In this document: positions 36,044 to 42,935 of the stretch, piece by piece | Layout of the letters: every line of letters starts with the position of its first letter | How positions within the stretch are numbered: the first letter of the stretch is position 1 | NCBI RefSeq assembly: GCF_001194135.2 | Contig: NC_068986.1 | Coordinates: 49,965,404-50,008,338, forward strand | Source of the DNA: Octopus bimaculoides | Lineage: Eukaryota | Reading direction: 5' to 3' | DNA length: 42,935 nucleotides | Position numbers and translations under genes: made by a program | Notes under the pieces: model-generated | What the model was told of the DNA's origin: nothing | Databases searched by the model: none | The model's input: only the letters and a program-made list of their open reading frames with translations

Positions 36044-36771
36044 ACTAAGCTAACAGAGTAGCACTCCAAACGTAGAATGTGGTGATGTCCGACTCAAACT
36101 CACTAACCTGCAATTTAATCTTCATGATCTTTTCAATGTTTACCAAACCCATCTACCTTGTTCAAAACTAATTCAAGCATTAGAAAAGCGTTTGTATTTT
36201 GAGTTTACTGATCTTTTTTCTTGTTAATTAAGCACTAGTACATCTGTTATGTTTTCTCATTGAATATTCGATGATTTTTTTTTTTTTTTTTGTTTAAGGT
36301 GAATGGAAATTAAATTTTGTAACAAAACATTTGAGAAATACTGGTCTACGGCCAATCGTCTCAAACTAACACTAAGATGCGAAAGTGAGCCTTGTATGTA
36401 TTTCAAATTTTGAACTACGTTTTTATCTGCAACTTTGTTCACATTATATCGTTGTATGTATGTATTAGTACAGTTGGACAGTGACGGACTCCGCCGGGTT
36501 TTAAAAGGGCGCCCAAGGCATGTTGTATGCCACGACGGCGCGTTTGGTTCTCCATCAAGAGTTGAAAGACCCATAATTCATTATCGCCTTCTGCTGGACG
36601 ATCATAATACGCCCTGAAAATATCTAGGACACCTAAGAACATGAAACTTCCAGTCACGATGTATTATCATTACTAGGCTATATGTATTTCACTATTTCCC
36701 CTCTTATGTATGCATTGAATATTTCAATTTTGTTCGTGTAAACACCTATAATTCATTATACATACGCACAC

Positions 36772-36806
<35 letters not shown>

Positions 36807-36989
36807 TCCCTACATTTTACTGCTGGTGTCCGCCCACCTCCCGTGCAGGCTGTCAATCATCTGTCAAGCCCGACTTTATGGCGCCACTCCACCCTATCTA
36901 CGTCACCATCAATCACCGAACGCTTTTATAGCTAATGTATTTGTTCAACACTGCAAACAGTCAGTTGAAACTGGCTGCTCTGCAATCTC

Positions 36990-37755
36990 TCTCCCACTAT
37001 CTCTCTCTTTCTCATTCTCTCTGACTCTCTCTTTCTCTCTCGCTACTCTTTCTCACTTTTTCTCTTTCTCTACATCCTTTTGCCTTACGCACACACACAC
37101 ACACACACACACAAACACAAACACATACACACACACACTTTATGCCTCTCTCTATTCCAGTATTATTATCTTCCCTTTTTCTCCCTCCATCCCCCCTCTA
37201 TCTTTCTCTATTTTTCTCTTGCTCACATACTCTCACTTGCTCATGCTTCTCTCTTTCTACTCTCTCTCCTCTTTCTACTCTCTCTCTCTCTCCTCTGTCT
37301 ACTCTCTCTACCCCGTGGTTCTTCTCTTATTCTCTCTCTCTCTTTACCTCCCCTTTCTGTTTTATCCCCCACCTCCTTTGCTCTCTCATTCGCTCTTCTG
37401 TCTTCTCTTTTCGTTTACTCACCTTTTCTCTCTCTCTATCACTTTCAATTGTTTTTGTCTTTCTCTGTCTTTCTCTCTCCTAATTGTTCTTCCTTTCTCC
37501 ATGTCCCTCCCTCCTCTGCTTCATTATCACTCTCGCTGTCTTTCTTTAGCTCTTTCACCCTCATTTACTCTGCTCTGTCTTCTAATTCTCTCTCTCTCTC
37601 TCTCTCTCTCTTCATTTGTTTGTGCTTCTTTTCTTTCTCTAAATCTCCTTTGCTCCTCGACTTCTCTTCCATCTCTCTCTCTCTCTTTCTCTCTCTCCAT
37701 TTGCTTCTTTTCTTTCACTGAATCTTGTTTACTCCTTTACCTCTCTATCCTCTTC

Positions 37756-37795
<40 letters not shown>

Positions 37796-38321
37796 NNNNN
37801 NNNNNNNNNNNNNNNNNNNNNNNNNNNNNNNNNNNNNNNNNNNNNNNNNNNNNNNNNNNNNNNNNNNNNNNNNNNNNNNNNNNNNNNNNNNNNNNNNNNN
37901 NNNNNNNNNNNNNNNNNNNNNNNNNNNNNNNNNNNNNNNNNNNNNNNNNNNNNNNNNNNNNNNNNNNNNNNNNNNNNNNNNNNNNNNNNNNNNNNNNNNN
38001 NNNNNNNNNNNNNNNNNNNNNNNNNNNNNNNNNNNNNNNNNNNNNNNNNNNNNNNNNNNNNNNNNNNNNNNNNNNNNNNNNNNNNNNNNNNNNNNNNNNN
38101 NNNNNNNNNNNNNNNNNNNNNNNNNNNNNNNNNNNNNNNNNNNNNNNNNNNNNNNNNNNNNNNNNNNNNNNNNNNNNNNNNNNNNNNNNNNNNNNNNNNN
38201 NNNNNNNNNNNNNNNNNNNNNNNNNNNNNNNNNNNNNNNNNNNNNNNNNNNNNNNNNNNNNNNNNNNNNNNNNNNNNNNNNNNNNNNNNNNNNNNNNNNN
38301 NNNNNNNNNNNNNNNNNNNNN

Positions 38322-38358
<37 letters not shown>

Positions 38359-38570
38359 GCCCTTTCCCCATTTGTATGCGTTTCTCTTCTTTCTCCATAT
38401 TTCGTTTGCCCCTCTACCCTCTTCTATTTCTCTCTCTCTATCTATCTATCTATCTATCTCCCTCTCTCAATACTAACCTTTTTCTCTTCACCTTTTTTCC
38501 TTTCACTCACACCCGGCCTCTCTCTCCCACTTCTCATCGTACTTCTTTCTTTTTACATTCACCTACTTCT
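36990..38570 (+). repeat. (CT)n-rich polypyrimidine block including N-gap 37796-38321
   Basis: Directly visible. Source of the 585-aa pseudo-ORF 36826-38583. Confidence 0.92.
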
Positions 38571-38884
38571 GATGACAGCTTGAGGCTACTCTCTGTGTCA
38601 ACACTCAACGCGTTTTACGCTGTCCCTCTCGTTGCCTTGCATTTCTGAGTGTAACTCTCGTCAGCGATTATGACATCATTGCTTTTCAGTACTGATTAAG
38701 TAAGTACCTAAGACCACTGGATTTGCAAAGACAGAATAGAGAGTCAGACAAAATACTTGGCTAGCACGTACCTGCAAAGGTAACTTCGTGGACACTCGAC
38801 TTCCTAGAAGTAGTAATCTAATCTCACGTAAATCAACCTTAACCGATTTAGCAAAAGAAACAACGGTTCTGTTTCCACTATATC

Positions 38885-39021
38885 TTTCATATTTTGTTTT
38901 TTGGACTGCGGTCATGCTAAGGCTCTATGTTGAAGGGTTTAATCAAACAGATTGTTCCAAGAATTTACGCTTTATTTGGAAGTTTTGTACTTATTTTATT
39001 GTCTCTTTTGCCGAACCGCTG
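38885..39021 (-). mobile_element. OR2-like SINE 3-prime fragment
   Basis: GGACTGCGGTCATGCT...GTACTTATTTTATTGTCTCTTTTGCCGAACCGCT. Confidence 0.7.
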
Positions 39022-39970
39022 TTTGATATAATTGACATCCCCTCCGACCCTACACCATCCTAAAAAAATTGAGCTCTTAATGCCTATCATAGATTCGTGT
39101 TTTCCTTCCCTGAAACAAAAGAAAAAAATTTTTCAAGCTACACAAAAAACTTTGTGTGACATAGACTAAGCCTTGTCGCGCAGTTTCGATCCTCCAATTA
39201 AATGTTTCCTCCACGCTCAAAAATATGAATGTTACAACATGACTATTTCCAGTGAGAAAATTGCAACAAGGCTGCGTGATAGTTGTGCCAGACGTGGTAT
39301 GCAGACCATCATAAAACTTGTTTTATGCCTCTCTTCCTGTGCATTGCGTTATTATCTTTCTCTTATAAAGGGGTCCGCAAGTCAAAAAGTTTGAAAACCC
39401 CTGTTCTAGAGGAAGAGATGGTTGAGTATTGAATGGGATTAGACAGGGATGGTAGTACGAAGCTTACTAGTTTAAAGAATAGAGCGGTTGTTGTAAGAGG
39501 TAGAGAGACAAGGAAAGGGAAGGCGAGAGAGAGATAGTGCATGTGTGAGTCTCTAACAACAGAGTATCTGTAGAATAATTGTTGTAGCGTATTGGTGAGT
39601 GGATCTCGATGGTCTTTAATTCTATTTATCGTATTTTTACTTATTTTTTTATGCGATTTTGCAATGTCTATGTATTGCAACAGCACCAACCCAATTTATG
39701 TGAACAATAGTCCAATATAGTTCCTCCGTTGCTTCTTGTAGAAAGGGAAAATTAATCAGACTTGAATTTTTTTTTTGTTGTTTTTTTTTGTTTTTGCTTT
39801 CAAGAGAAAGGTCCTTGGGATATGACAATAAAATCAACATAGTCTGTTTCAGTTGTCAAACAATATCATGATAGAAATTAAATATTGATGTATTTGTGTG
39901 GATTTTCTGATGAGAATCCGATCTGCACAGGACCGTTTCATCATCAACTTCAATGGAAAGTGTGTAATTT

Positions 39971-40046
<76 letters not shown>

Positions 40047-40051
<5 letters not shown>

Positions 40052-40110
40052 CCAGCATGGTCGCAGTCAAATGACTGAAACAAGTAAAATAATAAAAGAA
40101 TATATATAGG
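40047..40110 (+). mobile_element. Isolated OR2-like SINE tail fused to a (TA)n(TG)n microsatellite
   Basis: GTGCTCCAGCATGGTCGCAGTCAAATGACTGAAACAAGTAAAA. Confidence 0.75.
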
Positions 40111-40139
40111 AATAAGTAGCCTTCTTGCATATACATAAG

Positions 40140-40495
40140 CGCAGGCTTGGCTGTGCGTTTAAGATGCTTGCTTTGCAACCACGTGTTTTAGGGTTCAATC
40201 TATAACCTCGGCCCGAACAATGCCGTGTGAATGGATTTGGTTGACAGTATTGTGTGGGAATTCGTGTGTGTGTATGTGTGTGTGCGTGCGCCTTTATTTC
40301 TATCTTTGTCCCCACAATCACTTGATAAGCTGATGCTTGTATGTTTCGGGCCCCGTGACATAGCGGTTCGGCAAAAGATTCCGAGAAAATGAAATAGGTA
40401 CTGGGGTTGATCTGTTCAACAAAAACCCTTTAAGGCGATGCCCCAGCATGGCCATAGTCCAGTGACTGAAAGCAGTAAAAAATAAAAGATACTGA
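40140..40495 (+). mobile_element. OR2-like SINE with internal deletion
   Basis: GGCTGTGCGTTTAAGATGCTTGC head; AAGGCGATGCCCCAGCATGGCCATAGTCCAGTGACTGAAA tail. Confidence 0.85.
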
Positions 40496-40564
40496 AGTTT
40501 ATCCGATATCGAAACTTTATTCGTCGCTATCCTTTCTAATGTTATTGATTGAGATTCCGTTATC

Positions 40565-40971
40565 AGACGCTGGAGTGGCTGTGTAGTGAGAAGTTTGCTT
40601 CCCAACCACATGGTCTCGGGTTCAATCTCACTGCGTGGTACCTTGGGCAAGAGTCTTCTACTATAGCCTCGAGCCGACTAAAGCCTTTTGAGTGGATTTG
40701 GTAGATGGAAACTGAAAGAAGCCCGTCGTATATATGTATGCGTGTGTGTGTGTGTGCGCGCATCTTTTTGTCTGTGTTTCTCACTTCACCACCGCTTGAC
40801 AACTGGTGTTGGTGTGTTTACGTCTCTGTAACTTAGCGGTTCGGCTAAAGAGTGATAGAATCAGTAGCAGGCTTTTAAAATGTAAGTACTGGGGGTCGAT
40901 TCGTTTGAGTAAAGTTCTTCAAGGTGATGCTCCAGCATGGTCGCAGTCTAATGACTGAAACAAGTAAAAGA
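40565..40971 (+). mobile_element. OR2-like SINE, best-preserved copy in the window
   Basis: All family blocks are present in order: tRNA-like head, CCTTGGGCAAGAGTCTTCTACTATAGCCTCG (CORE-like), central TA/TG tract, and the tail ending AATGACTGAAACAAGTAAAAG. Confidence 0.92.
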
Positions 40972-41318
40972 TTTAAGATATATCGATTTGTAGATGAAGG
41001 ATACATTTACGTCACGTAAGCCTTGTTGAAACCACACAGGTCAAAGTTGAAGGGTTTATTTATTGTTCTTGCGGTGAGTGCGTCTTTTAGGGCAGGAAAT
41101 ATTGCTAGTGGTTGGGCCCTGTATAACAAAGAGCGTTGGTCGAGTGACATGTGAGCTCTGAATTGCCAAAAGGTCAGGGGTAAGGAATGCAGGTGAGAAA
41201 TTGACTGATTAATGCTTAGACCCTGTGTTAGCAAGATACCGTGAGTGGAATGATGGACAAACTGTGTAGGACAAAAATCATAGTTACAATGGTTTATTCG
41301 TTGTGGTAAAGAAGCAGT

Positions 41319-41692
41319 GTGGAGGCGCAATGCCCCGTGGTTAGGGCAGCGAACTCGCGGTCATAGGATCGCGGTTTCGATTCCCAGACCGGGCGTTGTG
41401 AGTGTTTATTGAGCGAAAAACACCTAAAGCTCCACGAGGCTCCGGCAGGGGATGGTGGCGAACCCTGCTATATTCTTTCACTACTCTTTCTTCCTGTTTC
41501 TGTTGTGCCTGTATTTCAAAGGGCCAGCCTTGTCACACTGTGCCACGCTGAATATCCCCCGAGAACTACGTTAAGGGTACACGTGTCTGTGGAGTGCTCA
41601 GCCACTTGCACGTTAATATCACGAGCAGGCTGTTCCGTTGACCGGATCAACTGGAACCCTCGACGTCGTAAGCGACGGAGTGCCAACAACAA
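41319..41692 (+). mobile_element. tRNA-Arg-like SINE (OR1-like), full length, with a perfect 11-bp TSD
   Basis: A-box-like TGGTTAGGGC and B-box-like GGTTTCGATTCC; ends GTGCCAACAACAA. TSD AAAGAAGCAGT at 41308-41318 and 41693-41703. Confidence 0.95.
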
Positions 41693-42599
41693 AAAGAAGC
41701 AGTATTAGAGTATTGGATACATGTCCTGTGAAGCAAGCAGCAGTGCCTTATATTCTGCCATGCAAAACGTTGTAGCATATATACTATAAACATGTAGAGT
41801 AAACATTCAAACCTTTCCAAATCCTGCTGCTTTTCACATGGAATTTTTGCTTCTTATAAATCGTTTTGAGGTATCAGTCAACCTACTTTTTTTTTTTTTA
41901 AACTTTATATTTTGGCATGAAAAATTCGAATTGTATCCCGGAAAATACGGTATTATAGTAGTGACATGTCTTGTGAAGCTAGAGCCAGTGGTCTTTGTGA
42001 AGTAAGGAAGCAAATCTCCCTGTGAGCAGAGATCATTCAGCTGTTTCAATTCGGAAACGTTGAACACATTTTACTTCTTTCACATAATCTACCTCCGGCG
42101 GTCAACTATCATAGGGAAGACAACTCCTTCTAGATTAAGTTAAGTTGAGACAGGTTTGAAATTTAAATCAAAAAGCGAAGAACGGCGTACAAAGTACACA
42201 CAATTTAATATTTCATTTTTCAGCACATTATAAAGATCTTAAAATTTCTGTTATTCTGCTAATGTCATTTGGTACGTAAACAATGTATTCACACCTTCCA
42301 TTCATTTCTTCCTTCTTTTAAAACATGGGTTTGATGGACCAAATCAAAAGAGAAACCATTATTTTTGCGTTAAATATGCTGTCCCGTTTCGATTCCCAGT
42401 TGAATTTTCATTGAATTGTCTCCTTTAATTCTCTTAATATGTCTTAAGAAAAACATGAATATCACAACTTCCCCATCCAATTTTTCTCATCCAGAAATCT
42501 AAAGCTTCGTTGTTGTCTCCTATATTTAAGTTTGTTTTTCAGTACAGTCTGTATTCAGTCCCCTATGAATAAGAATCTCCCACACACAAGCATACGCAC

Positions 42600-42887
42600 G
42601 CACTCGTATCAATGTCTTTCGCCTTCTCTTTTCGAATTCTCTCTCTCCCTTTTACCCTCTTTCTCTCTGACTTTCTTTCTCTCACTTCCTCTCTTTTACT
42701 CTCTCTCACTTCCTCTCATTTACTCTCTCTCTCTCTCTCTCTCTGTGACTTTCTTTCACTCTCTCTCTTACTCTCGCTAATTTCTATACGCTGTTTCTGT
42801 CATTCTCTGCCAACCGTTCATCCTCTCCATATTTCATTATCTTCTGTCAATCTAAGTCACTTGTCAGTTTCCTTTTCATATCTCTTG

Positions 42888-42935
<48 letters not shown>
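42600..42935 (+). repeat. CT-rich tract ending in (CA)n
   Basis: Directly visible. Confidence 0.9.

Larger units (their letters stand above)
4419..38321. other. Nine assembly gaps: 4419-4751, 11947-12117, 13167-13216, 15864-16327, 18222-19182, 20864-21609, 23459-23468, 32909-33088, 37796-38321
   Basis: Runs of N, mostly abutting microsatellites, as expected for a short-read assembly. Confidence 0.98.
3898..42935 (+). other. Intron 1 (5-prime part, >39 kb) of the putative teashirt gene
   Basis: Donor GTAAGT at 3898. No long non-repetitive + strand ORF follows. The largest N-gap is ~960 bp, too short for the multi-kb second exon typical of TSHZ genes. Confidence 0.65.

Noticed and set aside
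36826-38583. 585-aa ORF and the other long ORFs in the track (e.g. 11423-12190, 12373-13080, 18182-19192, 20585-21823)
   Set aside because: They run through (CT)n, (TA)n, (ATCT)n tracts or N-gaps, giving LSLS/YIYI/HTHT/X strings. They lack stops because of composition, not coding.
39362-39406. hAT-like terminal sequence (minus strand CAGGGGTTTTCAAACTTTTTG); similar lone ends near 23595 and 36340
   Set aside because: I could not find matching partner ends or TSDs, so no element boundaries can be supported.
41319-41395. tRNA-like sequence (also at 27400-27478 and 29837-29895)
   Set aside because: These are SINE heads continuous with a ~300-bp body and flanked by TSDs; no proper acceptor stem. 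Not tRNA genes.

Overview
Eukaryotic, AT-rich, microsatellite-dense DNA with nine N-gaps. The SINE and MITE families look like octopus (coleoid cephalopod) repeats; this is pattern recognition, not a database search. One protein-coding signal is supported. A CpG-rich promoter-like island (~3325-3450) is followed by a 40-nt first coding exon (3858-3897, + strand, MPRRKQNCPKRLK + phase-1 GTAAGT donor). This matches the N-terminus and, from recall, the first-exon size of teashirt/tiptop (TSHZ) zinc-finger repressors. No downstream coding exon is visible, so 3898 to the window end is probably one intron of more than 39 kb. It holds about 20 SINE copies or fragments, several MITEs, and long CT-rich tracts that are almost all on the sense strand. 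Nearly all ORFs in the supplied track are artefacts of microsatellites, gaps or SINEs. Best leads: (1) a candidate in-frame 6-nt microexon at 10891-10896 just after the RRKQ motif; (2) a compact PBX-MEIS / PBX-HOX / HOX site cluster at 36850-36915; (3) a degenerate minisatellite that multiplies a TGACTGACAG motif (13440-15165); (4) a 1.4-kb element with ~245-bp inverted arms, plus inverted SINE pairs, that could form dsRNA in the pre-mRNA; (5) an intronic CpG island with a candidate poison or alternative first exon (17122-17261). All splice and enhancer calls are sequence-only hypotheses. I did not find a clearly new biological system.
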